A DNA stretch of 64,000 bases from an uncultured Candidatus Saccharibacteria bacterium. GTDB lineage: Bacteria > Patescibacteriota > Saccharimonadia > Saccharimonadales > CAZDQS01. The notes under the pieces are model-generated. The model was not told the DNA's origin. It worked only from the letters and a program-made list of their open reading frames with translations, and did no database searches. Both the position numbers and the translations under genes were made by a program. The stretch lies in contig CAZDQS010000002.1 of NCBI GenBank assembly GCA_964507855.1, positions 91,284-155,283 of the forward strand. Reading direction: 5' to 3'. Below, in pieces: positions 10,607-17,976 of the stretch (position 1 is the first letter of the stretch; each line of letters begins with the position of its first letter).

Positions 10607-10764
10607 GCATTACCAATCCTCGTATGGGTAAGGATGAAGTGAATAGTAGCTATATAAAATATGTGCTCCATGAGGGTACTCTATTCGAGAAAACTAGGCT
10701 GATTCGCAATCTTGATGTGAAGTTGGCTCTTCATAACCGAGAACTCGTAAAGCAAGATCGCTAA
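10570..10764 (+). pseudogene. orphan C-terminal gene fragment (unknown family)
   Basis: 64-codon ORF with a TTG start and no RBS, beginning right at the junction after the truncated VOC gene. It looks like the 3' end of a larger lost gene. Confidence 0.3.
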
Positions 10765-11657
10765 TCTGCAGTAAGATCAGTACGAGTATGTAGGATAGTG
10801 GTAAGTGGAGCAGCTTCTAGTACTTCTTTCGAAACCTGAGCCCAAGTATTAAAGATTTCGCTCCCAAACGGACCAACGGCCATATGCGAAGTTTGGTAAG
10901 AACCATCCTGCACGTTGTAGATACCCTGAGATTGGGTAATATCCATACGCCCAATACGATACAAGAAGCTGATATTAAGCACGACTAACATCGGTGGCAA
11001 CTCGATAATTAGCCCATCCGGTAACTCCATCTTGAGGCCACGAAACTCGCGTGTCGCCTGTCCATTTGTTACCGTATCACCCAAATCAGTCCAGACTTTT
11101 TGAGCCAACTCTCTAGCGGTCGTTTTATTTCCATCTTCTAGGGTAATAACATACTTTCTGTAGTCGGAATCACTGGGAAAGCCATTCGGCTCACCGTCCC
11201 TGAAAGCCACAGACCAGTTTTCGACTCTTTCGTGCACAACGCCACTAGGGGCTGACAGTTTTGTTTTGATAGCAGCATCTTCAGAGTCGACAAGATGTAA
11301 GAGATCGATTTTAAGTTTCTCGGCCATTCTTCTAGCCCCCCTTGAAAAGGGTGAATTCGACACGATGGCACCTTTTGTCGCGCCGACATCATGTAATTTA
11401 GTATGATAACCTTCAACTGTCGGAGTTCCGATAGTGGCTTTTTCATCCTTGCATTCAAAAGCAATAAAATCATACTCGCCAGGATCACGAAGAGTTACGT
11501 CTATTTGTCGACTTGATTCGGAAAGCTTACCCTGAATCCTCACATCTGCCATCACTTGTTTAGCCGGGTTAAACTTACTCAAGATACTATAAGTCTTTCT
11601 CTCAAAGTATTTACCGTTATTTCTTTTCTTTTTACGCCTGTTCTTCTTATTTGCCAT
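10761..11657 (-). CDS. restriction-endonuclease-like (Mrr_cat/PD-(D/E)xK) protein with an unknown C-terminal domain
   Basis: Start chosen at MANKKNRRKKKRNNGK (ATG 11657). Core motif IDVTLRD...YDFIAFECKDEK = D..(E)xK, followed by GAIVSNSPFSRGA, typical of Mrr-type REase folds. Confidence 0.6.
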   Translation of the reverse strand: MANKKNRRKKKRNNGKYFERKTYSILSKFNPAKQVMADVRIQGKLSESSRQIDVTLRDPGEYDFIAFECKDEKATIGTPTVEGYHTKLHDVGATKGAIVSNSPFSRGARRMAEKLKIDLLHLVDSEDAAIKTKLSAPSGVVHERVENWSVAFRDGEPNGFPSDSDYRKYVITLEDGNKTTARELAQKVWTDLGDTVTNGQATREFRGLKMELPDGLIIELPPMLVVLNISFLYRIGRMDITQSQGIYNVQDGSYQTSHMAVGPFGSEIFNTWAQVSKEVLEAAPLTTILHTRTDLTAD

Positions 11658-12360
11658 CGTGGTTAAATCTCCACTCATCCTCGTATTCATGTCTCTCGAG
11701 CTTGATAGCAAGACCTCGGGCATCAGGTTGACTAATGTAGCTCACGTGGGCCATAGTTAGGAGAGGAAGATTGTATATCACTAAATATACATCCGTAAAC
11801 GCATTAGTAAGGCCTTTGATTTCGTCATTTATTTTCTTACGGTCAATTGCGATCTCATCGCCAAATGCGTTGACTATGAGTATGCAGTTTTCGGGGTAAC
11901 TGTCGCGTTGTGTCATCTTTTTCTTTATGGCACTAACAACATCAGCATCTGCAATAGGCTTCTTTGGAAAGTAGCCCTGGGTCATGACCTGCTGTGCAAG
12001 TATTTTTGCTTTTGCTTGGTCATGCCAAATAGCTCCATCAGAGAGTAGGTTCTCGACCTGCCTCTTGGCCGGGTCTTCAATCCCGACGACAGCCTGGTAT
12101 GTATTACTGGTGCCAGCTTCTTCGCTCATCCAGTTGTAATACGATGCTACACAGCCAATACCTAGCAACTCACCCGTATTTAAGTCGATTGTCTTTCCGC
12201 TGGCAAAGTTCGCTGGTATGTCTACTGAGTTCAAATTATTGACTGGACGATTGTTGATAAGCAGCTTGACCTTATCGTTAATTGAACTCTTGGTATCAAA
12301 AACACTGAGAGCTATTTTGAGAGCATTATCCGGATGTAAACCAATTACATCATGTTTCAT
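11647..12360 (-). CDS. hypothetical protein, upstream partner of the REase-like gene
   Basis: 237-aa ORF whose stop (11647-11649) overlaps the downstream start by 11 nt (translational coupling). No motif I recognise. Confidence 0.55.
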   Translation of the reverse strand: MKHDVIGLHPDNALKIALSVFDTKSSINDKVKLLINNRPVNNLNSVDIPANFASGKTIDLNTGELLGIGCVASYYNWMSEEAGTSNTYQAVVGIEDPAKRQVENLLSDGAIWHDQAKAKILAQQVMTQGYFPKKPIADADVVSAIKKKMTQRDSYPENCILIVNAFGDEIAIDRKKINDEIKGLTNAFTDVYLVIYNLPLLTMAHVSYISQPDARGLAIKLERHEYEDEWRFNHDGK

Positions 12361-12436
12361 AGTCTAAGTTTAACACCTTAAGTATGGTTCTAGACCCACG
12401 TTTGAACAGATAAGAATAGGTTTCGGGATTCGAATC

Positions 12437-12465
12437 AAAAAACCGACCTTTCGGTCGGCTTTTGG
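12437..12465. terminator. bidirectional hairpin terminator
   Basis: AAAAAA-CCGACC-TTTC-GGTCGG-CTTTT. Confidence 0.5.
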
Positions 12466-12533
12466 ACTAACAATTCGAGTTTAGCTCTCTTGGCTGGTAT
12501 TTACACCCATGTGGGTCACGTTTGGTGTAAATC

Positions 12534-12653
12534 TTGGCTGGGGATGAGGGATTCGACTCACCTTCGGCGAGCCCGGAACTTCACGGTGGCAAGCACAGCT
12601 TGCCCCGGAAGATTCCCTTGCGAATTGCCACCGGCAATTCTCACCCCGATCAC
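12534..12653 (-). repeat. tRNA-Gln 3' segment (att-core homologue) interrupted by an 86-nt hairpin element (copy A)
   Basis: 12534-12556 equals the first 23 nt of the 36-nt att repeat and 12643-12653 matches its remainder (one C fewer). The intervening 12557-12642 folds into two long hairpins. Confidence 0.7.
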
Positions 12654-12684
12654 TTTTGGTCGGAGATTCGAATCACACAGAGCC

Positions 12685-12712
12685 AAAGAAAAAGCCCACA
12701 TAAAGTGGGCCC
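12685..12712 (-). terminator. intrinsic terminator downstream of the displaced tRNA-Gln 3' end
   Basis: Minus strand reads GCCCAC-TTTAT-GTGGGC-TTTTTCTTT, immediately after the 12718-12753 tRNA fragment. Confidence 0.65.
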
Positions 12713-12717
12713 TTTCT

Positions 12718-12753
12718 TTGGCTGGGGATGAGGGATTCGAACCCCCGATCACG
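12718..12753. repeat. prophage att repeat, tRNA-distal copy (36 bp)
   Basis: ttggctggggatgagggattcgaacccccgatcacg is identical to 48565-48600. Confidence 0.9.
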
Positions 12754-12772
12754 AATCTAGAATTTCAGGGGT

Positions 12773-12808
12773 GATTCTAACCCCCATGATTATTCTGATT
12801 CTAACCCC
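12773..12808. promoter_or_regulatory. candidate integrase arm-type sites (direct repeat GATTCTAACCCC x2)
   Basis: The 12-nt repeat occurs at 12773-12784 and 12797-12808, between the att core and the int stop codon. Confidence 0.4.
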
Positions 12809-12838
12809 TAAGAGAGAGAACTACAGTTAATCGTATCC

Positions 12839-12877
12839 GTTAACTACGATTGACTTGTGAATTCGCGTTAGCTACGA
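12839..12877. promoter_or_regulatory. second direct repeat GTTA(A/G)CTACGA x2 near att/int
   Basis: Copies at 12839-12849 and 12867-12877 differ at one position. Confidence 0.3.
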
Positions 12878-12931
12878 ATAGCTAAATATACCCCTTAGTA
12901 TACTGCCTATGCTAAGGAATGTCAAGCAGAA

Positions 12932-13783
12932 TCAGTAATTACTCGTATGGAATTGGCGGGCTACTTGAGCAACCTCCGGATTCTGCAAGTGTGAGTATAT
13001 ATCTATCGTTGTAGTGATACGGGAATGTCCGGCGATTTTCTGTACCATAGCCATTGGCGCGTGATTCTTAATGTAGTCCGTAATGGTTGAGTGCCGGAAT
13101 ACATGAGCTGATACGTTCTTATCTATGCCCGCCTCTAGGGCGCATTTACGGAGCATCTTATCTACTGTCGTGTAGTGTATTCTGCCGTACTGCCCGGACA
13201 TAAACAGTGGCTTGAATCTATCGTTTCGCTCAGCTAAATAAGCATCAAGATATTTTCGGGCTGTGCTGTCAATATAGACTTCTCGGTACTTGTCTCCCTT
13301 ACCGCAAACCATAGGTTCGTTATTGTTCACAACATCCTCTACGTTCAATGAAAGCAGCTCAGAAATTCTGCACCCTGTTGAGAACAGCATGGCGATAATT
13401 GCCTTATCACGGGTGTTTTTCGCAGCTTCAATCATGGCCTTTACTTCTTCGACCTCAAGCCAATTAGGATCTGGTTTCTCTACACTAGGAAGGCTGATAT
13501 CACGCGTATCAATAACCTTTAACCCTCGTGTTTCCATATAGCGCAAAACACTACGTAAACAGACGATATTCTTATAAATTGTTGAGGATTTATTAGGCTT
13601 CTGCCGCATGTACTCTTTCCACACCACGATACTGTCCATAGTAACCAGCTCTATAGGGGTATCGCCACACGCGTCTAAATACGACTGAATGGCACAATGA
13701 TAATTATGAATTGTCTTTGGTTTGCGGCCTTCGTAGCGTAGTACGTTAATTTCGTAAATATTAAAAGCTTCACTGAGCAACAT
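12932..13783 (-). CDS. int: tyrosine recombinase / phage integrase (XerC/D-like, 283 aa)
   Basis: Motifs STGCRISELLSL (Arg), HVFRHS (H-x-x-R) and TTTIDIYSH (Tyr). GAGGAG RBS. Adjacent to the att repeat. Confidence 0.9.
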   Translation of the reverse strand: MLLSEAFNIYEINVLRYEGRKPKTIHNYHCAIQSYLDACGDTPIELVTMDSIVVWKEYMRQKPNKSSTIYKNIVCLRSVLRYMETRGLKVIDTRDISLPSVEKPDPNWLEVEEVKAMIEAAKNTRDKAIIAMLFSTGCRISELLSLNVEDVVNNNEPMVCGKGDKYREVYIDSTARKYLDAYLAERNDRFKPLFMSGQYGRIHYTTVDKMLRKCALEAGIDKNVSAHVFRHSTITDYIKNHAPMAMVQKIAGHSRITTTIDIYSHLQNPEVAQVARQFHTSNY

Positions 13784-13978
13784 TGAACACTCCTCATCTG
13801 GTTAATGAGTACCTTAAACCCCTCCTAACAAAAACGCCCCAGGAGTATTCCCAGGGCTACAGACAGCGAGCGGTTGTTTTGAATCGTATCATCGTTTTCA
13901 ATCCAACCATACCCACCTCGCTCTTAAGTTGTTCCCTAAGTATACTTTGTAAAGTTAAGCGTTAGCAATATTGACTTT

Positions 13979-13992
13979 GTTAGAATTCTAAC
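13979..13992. promoter_or_regulatory. perfect 14-bp palindrome GTTAGAATTCTAAC upstream of int (candidate operator)
   Basis: Perfect palindrome just upstream (minus sense) of a TTGCTA-18-TATACT promoter-like sequence facing int. Confidence 0.3.
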
Positions 13993-14407
13993 AGTTAAGT
14001 TAGTGTTTTAATCTGTTTTGGATAATACCAACCCTGCCTGTTTGTTGAACATAGATTGAGGTAGGTTGGTGGTTAGTAAATAGGAGTCGAATTTGCATTG
14101 TTAAAGTTCAGGCAATAGCAAACAAGACCCTTTGGTTTTTGTACCCTCCAAAAAGTTTTAGCAATTATGCCCGGCCTTCTGCAGAAAAGCCGTACTTGTT
14201 TACCTGCCCTGCCCGTCCGTCGCTACATGAGTCTCGGTTTCGGCGGCCACTTCTTTTAACCCGGAGTGACGCTTTAAGGTGGTCGGGTATAGATGGGAGT
14301 AAAAAAACTCCCTTACCCAGTAACGTTGGGTTAAGAGAGTGTCAAGTGTGATTTTATGACATCCCTTACGGGAGGCCATAGATCGGTTCTGCATTCATAA
14401 AATACCA

Positions 14408-14474
14408 TAAAAAATTAAGGGACTCAAGTTAACGGCAAGAGTCCCTAATGGGAGGTATACATAAACTTCCCTCC
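14408..14474 (-). ncRNA. candidate short phage transcript (promoter followed by a terminator, ~65 nt)
   Basis: An extended -10 TGATATAAT (rc of 14481-14489) is followed by GGGACTC-13 nt-GAGTCCC-TTAATTTTTT (14408-14445). Only a 5-codon ORF lies inside. Confidence 0.3.
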
Positions 14475-14550
14475 TGTCATATTATATCATTTCGGGCTAT
14501 CATTCGCTACTGGCTCTGGTACCGCCTAAACCAGCCAAAGATTAACTGTG

Positions 14551-14862
14551 TTATTTCGAGAACTTGGCAACAAGATAGCTTATGACTCCCGTTACAATCC
14601 AGGTTAGGACAACGCCGATTACTACTTTAGAGTTTTTGAATAGCCGTTTGTCAATTTGTTCATCAGCATATTCCTGAACCTTACGCATAAACGGTACAGT
14701 TTCTGTGTATTCTTCAATAAGTTCCTTGGTGCGGGCGCGGAACTTCTCTTGTTGTAATAAGCGTGAAGCTTTCTCTACGATGACATCACTGGATGTTGTA
14801 GGCTGCTCGAGCAGAGTGTCAACGGGCAGAATGTCATCGGTTGGCTTTTTTTTCTGAGGCAT
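14551..14862 (-). CDS. phage membrane protein (C-terminal TM helix)
   Basis: 103-aa ORF in a tightly packed same-strand gene string; hydrophobic C-terminus VVIGVVLTWIVTGVISYLVA. Confidence 0.5.
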   Translation of the reverse strand: MPQKKKPTDDILPVDTLLEQPTTSSDVIVEKASRLLQQEKFRARTKELIEEYTETVPFMRKVQEYADEQIDKRLFKNSKVVIGVVLTWIVTGVISYLVAKFSK

Positions 14863-15088
14863 TATTAATCTCGTCTACTCGTCGCATTAGGGCAATCGCA
14901 ACTCGGAGAACTTCCTCGAGGTTAGTGAGATGGAAGTTTTGCTGTAATTGTTCCAGCTCCTCTAAAGCTCCATTGGTAAAAGCGACGGTGTATACTTCTT
15001 TGCCGTCTTCATCCGTGGTGCTACGTTGTCCTTTTATAGGCATACCCATATCATACAACAAGTTCAAGATTGCATGCTGCTTTTTCAC
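14834..15088 (-). CDS. hypothetical phage protein
   Basis: 84-aa ORF, contiguous with neighbours on the same strand. Confidence 0.5.
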   Translation of the reverse strand: MKKQHAILNLLYDMGMPIKGQRSTTDEDGKEVYTVAFTNGALEELEQLQQNFHLTNLEEVLRVAIALMRRVDEINNASEKKANR

Positions 15089-15400
15089 CTATTCACTCAG
15101 TCCGGGTATCTCTGCCTCTAGCTCATTCATCATCAGGTTTACATACCACTCTTGGGTTTGGTCGTCGGGGTACGGGTCAATGCTCTTTGGGAAGTGCCGC
15201 TCCTCGAGGGCTTGCAGCAGTTCCTCCGTTACCCTCACACCAAGTAAGTTGCCCTCGTCCGTCCGTAGCTCAACGTGGTTCAGGTGCGCCCATGCTTCGC
15301 TAAAGCGGCGGACACGGGTATTGCCGTAGTGGAAAGTGATACCTGCGGTTTCTATCGTGGGGCTTACCCACTCGCCATTCTCGTTTATTCGTTCACCCAT
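15089..15400 (-). CDS. hypothetical phage protein
   Basis: 103-aa ORF abutting the next gene with no gap. Confidence 0.5.
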   Translation of the reverse strand: MGERINENGEWVSPTIETAGITFHYGNTRVRRFSEAWAHLNHVELRTDEGNLLGVRVTEELLQALEERHFPKSIDPYPDDQTQEWYVNLMMNELEAEIPGLSE

Positions 15401-15588
15401 TCTATGCCGACCTCCTCGGTGAAAAGGTTATCGTTTAAGGTATTGAGCTGTTCGAGTAGCAGGTCTATCTTCTCCCATGCTTCACGGCGCACGACATTGC
15501 CTGTGTCGGGGTCGATGACAAACTCCCGCTGCTCGTCCAGCAGACGGTAGATAATTTGCTTTTCCAGTGACGCTTCTAGCTGTTTCAT
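15385..15588 (-). CDS. hypothetical phage protein
   Basis: 67-aa acidic ORF overlapping its neighbours by a few nt. Confidence 0.45.
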   Translation of the reverse strand: MKQLEASLEKQIIYRLLDEQREFVIDPDTGNVVRREAWEKIDLLLEQLNTLNDNLFTEEVGIEWVNE

Positions 15589-15875
15589 CGTCCGTATATC
15601 TTCCTGCGCTTGGTGGCGCTTAAATATATATCTGCTTCTTCTATGGCGTGTAGCATGACTTCATGGCTCGGCTTGATTGGCGGTGCTTCAGTGGCATGGC
15701 GTTGCTCATGGAGTCGCCGACAGATGAGCCGTTTGTTTTCTTCCAAGTTACGAAAGGTACTCTCTATGGACGTCGGGTAAGCCGAACGCGGCCAATAGTA
15801 GTGGTCAACATCCTCTTTGCACCCAACCTCGTAGTATTTGCACTCCGGGCTTGGATTGCAGGGGATGCGTTCCAC
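15585..15875 (-). CDS. hypothetical Cys/His-rich phage protein
   Basis: 96-aa ORF (CNPSPECKYYEVGCKEDVDHYYWPR...CRRLHEQRH); possible metal-binding fold. Confidence 0.5.
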   Translation of the reverse strand: MERIPCNPSPECKYYEVGCKEDVDHYYWPRSAYPTSIESTFRNLEENKRLICRRLHEQRHATEAPPIKPSHEVMLHAIEEADIYLSATKRRKIYGR

Positions 15876-15878
15876 TGG

Positions 15879-16079
15879 CTATTTCCTGTTTCTTTTAAGC
15901 CAGACGGACAAACCTTGCACCGCACCGCCTGCCAGTGCCGTGAGCGCATCGTTAACGGTCATTTCACCGTCTATGCCAGCCAGTGCCAGTAAGAGCATCC
16001 CACCGCCAGCTAGAAAGCCCACAATGGCCTTCTGGTTGCCTGCGATGATGAATATCATTGCCCTGCGTAGTAAATACAT
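15879..16079 (-). CDS. putative holin (two TM helices)
   Basis: 66 aa with two hydrophobic segments and a basic C-terminus (WLKRNRK), next to the endolysin. Confidence 0.5.
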   Translation of the reverse strand: MYLLRRAMIFIIAGNQKAIVGFLAGGGMLLLALAGIDGEMTVNDALTALAGGAVQGLSVWLKRNRK

Positions 16080-16190
16080 AGTTATCTCCTTACTTAATGT
16101 TTCCTAAAGTGATACCAGTAGTTTTCGGTAGTCTTGTACCAGCGCCAGAATCGGCTTGGTAATCTCAAGAGTCCTCGCAAACTGCCTCCT

Positions 16191-16964
16191 TTACTTACTC
16201 CCTATCAGTTCTCTTATGAGAGCCTTGAAGACTTCCCATTTAGAACTCTCACCTTGCTGGGCTGACAAGGTTGCTAGCTGCTTATTCAGGCGGTCAATCT
16301 CAGCGTCCTTTATTTTCAGCGCCTTTTCCATCTCTGGTACTTTATTGACGTACTTGGCGTAGAAGTTTTGCCAGGTTTCCCGGGATTTGCGGAAGTCACC
16401 GGCTTCTTTGGTTTGCCACTGGTTCCAGAGATAATCGTTGGTTTCCATGCCGCCATACGTGTCTGTAAATACCTTGTCGTACTTCCCGGCATGGGTTTCT
16501 TTCATCGGCCAGCCTTTAAATTCGGTGTGTATCATCCGCATAATGACGGGATCTACTTTGCTCACAGCTTCCTCCTCTAGGTTCCATTTAATTGCGTTGT
16601 CGTAGTTGGCTTTGTTTTGTTTTACGGAAATATGAACGTGTTTGTCATGCGGGTTTGTCCCCCGATACGGCAACCAGTTACCCGGCTCATACGCGATATT
16701 GCGGTTCCAGATGACGTACCAGGTGCGGGGGTCGTGCATAAGCTGGTCGGCTAGTCGCTGGCCGTCTACACCGTTGGCAGGGTCATGAGTAATGTCCATA
16801 GCTGTGACAACTCCTGCGGAGTTCGGGTTGTGTTCACTGGTCACTTTCTGGTGCGCTGCGTCACCAATCGTGCCGTCACTGGCTTTGTTGCGGTTCGGGT
16901 AGGCGGCGTTAATCTGGTTTCGGAGTGTCTCCAGACTGCCTGCTAACCGCCAGTTCCCTGCCAT
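16191..16964 (-). CDS. endolysin, LAS/M15-type zinc peptidase-like N-terminal domain plus coiled-coil C-terminus
   Basis: The pattern SEHNPNSAGVVTAMD ... DKHVHIS gives the H-x(n)-D ... H-x-H metal ligands of LAS peptidases. Flanked by small TM proteins. Confidence 0.6.
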   Translation of the reverse strand: MAGNWRLAGSLETLRNQINAAYPNRNKASDGTIGDAAHQKVTSEHNPNSAGVVTAMDITHDPANGVDGQRLADQLMHDPRTWYVIWNRNIAYEPGNWLPYRGTNPHDKHVHISVKQNKANYDNAIKWNLEEEAVSKVDPVIMRMIHTEFKGWPMKETHAGKYDKVFTDTYGGMETNDYLWNQWQTKEAGDFRKSRETWQNFYAKYVNKVPEMEKALKIKDAEIDRLNKQLATLSAQQGESSKWEVFKALIRELIGSK

Positions 16965-16965
16965 G

Positions 16966-17172
16966 TCAGCTCCCCAGTTTGTCCCAGAACGCTAAGGCCA
17001 GTCCCACGCAGGTAAAGCCGAGGCCAATAAGCCACTTGGCAATGGAGAACTCTCGGCGGGTCACGAAGCCTTCTTCCAGCGCATCAAACTTCTTAATCAG
17101 CGCATCAAGTTTCGCGTCTATGTTCTTTGTGCGCTCGTCCAAGGTTGCTATCCTTTCTGCTTGCGTTGCCAT
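16966..17172 (-). CDS. small coiled-coil protein with a C-terminal TM helix (holin/spanin-like)
   Basis: 68 aa, with C-terminal WLIGLGFTCVGLALAFW; sits directly upstream of the endolysin. Confidence 0.45.
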   Translation of the reverse strand: MATQAERIATLDERTKNIDAKLDALIKKFDALEEGFVTRREFSIAKWLIGLGFTCVGLALAFWDKLGS

Positions 17173-17310
17173 GTCATTAATCCCTACGCATATGCCTCAT
17201 AAGCAATCGTTTGCTCGGAGGCGGTGGTGACGTTGATTGATACAACCCCTAATCTGGTCATAAGGTTAGTCCTAATAACGGTGTCTTTGGAAAGTATGTT
17301 AGTCATGGCA

Positions 17311-17934
17311 TTAGGCTGCTTCAGTTTCCGCTACTAGATACCCGTGGAAGAAATTTGTTTCTGCACTAGTGCCGAGTCCCATAGAGTAGGATTGAGTATG
17401 GCCGATGAGGACGGTGACGTAGTCGCCCGCTTCCAGCTCTAGCAGCGCCGATACTCCGACAAACATGGGTTGTGTGTTGCCATCGCTGTTGCGATTGCGG
17501 TCTCCGTACTTCACCCGCGAGCCGTTTTTATACAGATGCATATACACGATGTCGCCCGTCACCGCCGAGGCGTAGCTGCCAGCCTCAAAGTAGTACGTCC
17601 CAGCAATCGGCGCGGTATACCGTCCGGTAGAGGTGTCGAAGTCGCTGTTTGGGTCAAATTCCACGGCATTATAGACCACCGGCTCAAGAGTACTGGAATT
17701 TGGAACGCTGGAAGAGCTGGCACGATAGGCGCTGAACCTGTAGGGATTTGTCCATTTTTTTGGAGTTACTGAGCCGTCAGCTAGTTTTGAGCCGTCTATC
17801 GCAGCATTGGCAGCGATATTTGAATTATCAAGACTACCATTGATTTCATTAACAATGGTGTTTATAGGCGTGTTGTATTGTGAGACGGTTGCAGCCGACC
17901 CGTCAGAAGGAAGCGATACACTAATGTTACCCAA
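17311..17934 (-). CDS. tail fibre / receptor-binding protein with a C1q-like C-terminal head
   Basis: TTG start at 17934, 8 nt after GGAGAC in the conserved late leader. C-terminal RFSAY...VVYNAVEFDPNSDFDTSTGRYTAPIAGTYYFEAG matches the C1q/TNF-like signature. Confidence 0.6.
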   Translation of the reverse strand: MGNISVSLPSDGSAATVSQYNTPINTIVNEINGSLDNSNIAANAAIDGSKLADGSVTPKKWTNPYRFSAYRASSSSVPNSSTLEPVVYNAVEFDPNSDFDTSTGRYTAPIAGTYYFEAGSYASAVTGDIVYMHLYKNGSRVKYGDRNRNSDGNTQPMFVGVSALLELEAGDYVTVLIGHTQSYSMGLGTSAETNFFHGYLVAETEAA

Positions 17935-17948
17935 GGCAAGGTCTCCGA

Positions 17949-17976
17949 CCTGCCCGACGTTATAGTCATTATACCA
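17949..17976 (-). promoter_or_regulatory. phage late promoter and leader, copy 1
   Basis: Minus strand reads TGGTATAAT-GACTATAACGT-CGGGCAGGTCGGAGAC. Confidence 0.6.

Larger units (their letters stand above)
10553..12533. mobile_element. decayed genomic-island scar next to the tRNA-Gln hot spot
   Basis: GC is visibly lower than in the flanks. Bounded by the truncated VOC gene on the left and a tRNA-Gln 3' fragment on the right. Carries a two-gene nuclease cassette; no recombinase is left. Confidence 0.4.

Noticed and set aside
12431-12445. Additional GATTCGAATC(CC) T-loop-like strings at 12431-12445 and 12664-12676 might be further decayed att/tRNA scars.
   Set aside because: Each shows only ~10 nt of similarity confined to the palindromic T-loop consensus. 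That is too short to distinguish from chance.
12539-12562. The plus-strand sequence GGGGATGAGGGATTCGAC looks like the canonical 5' end of tmRNA (GGGG....GGAUUCGAC).
   Set aside because: It is the reverse complement of a tRNA T-arm/acceptor, which mimics that motif. No T-arm/CCA 3' end, tag ORF or pseudoknot region follows within 400 nt on the plus strand. The G-U evidence also favours the minus strand.
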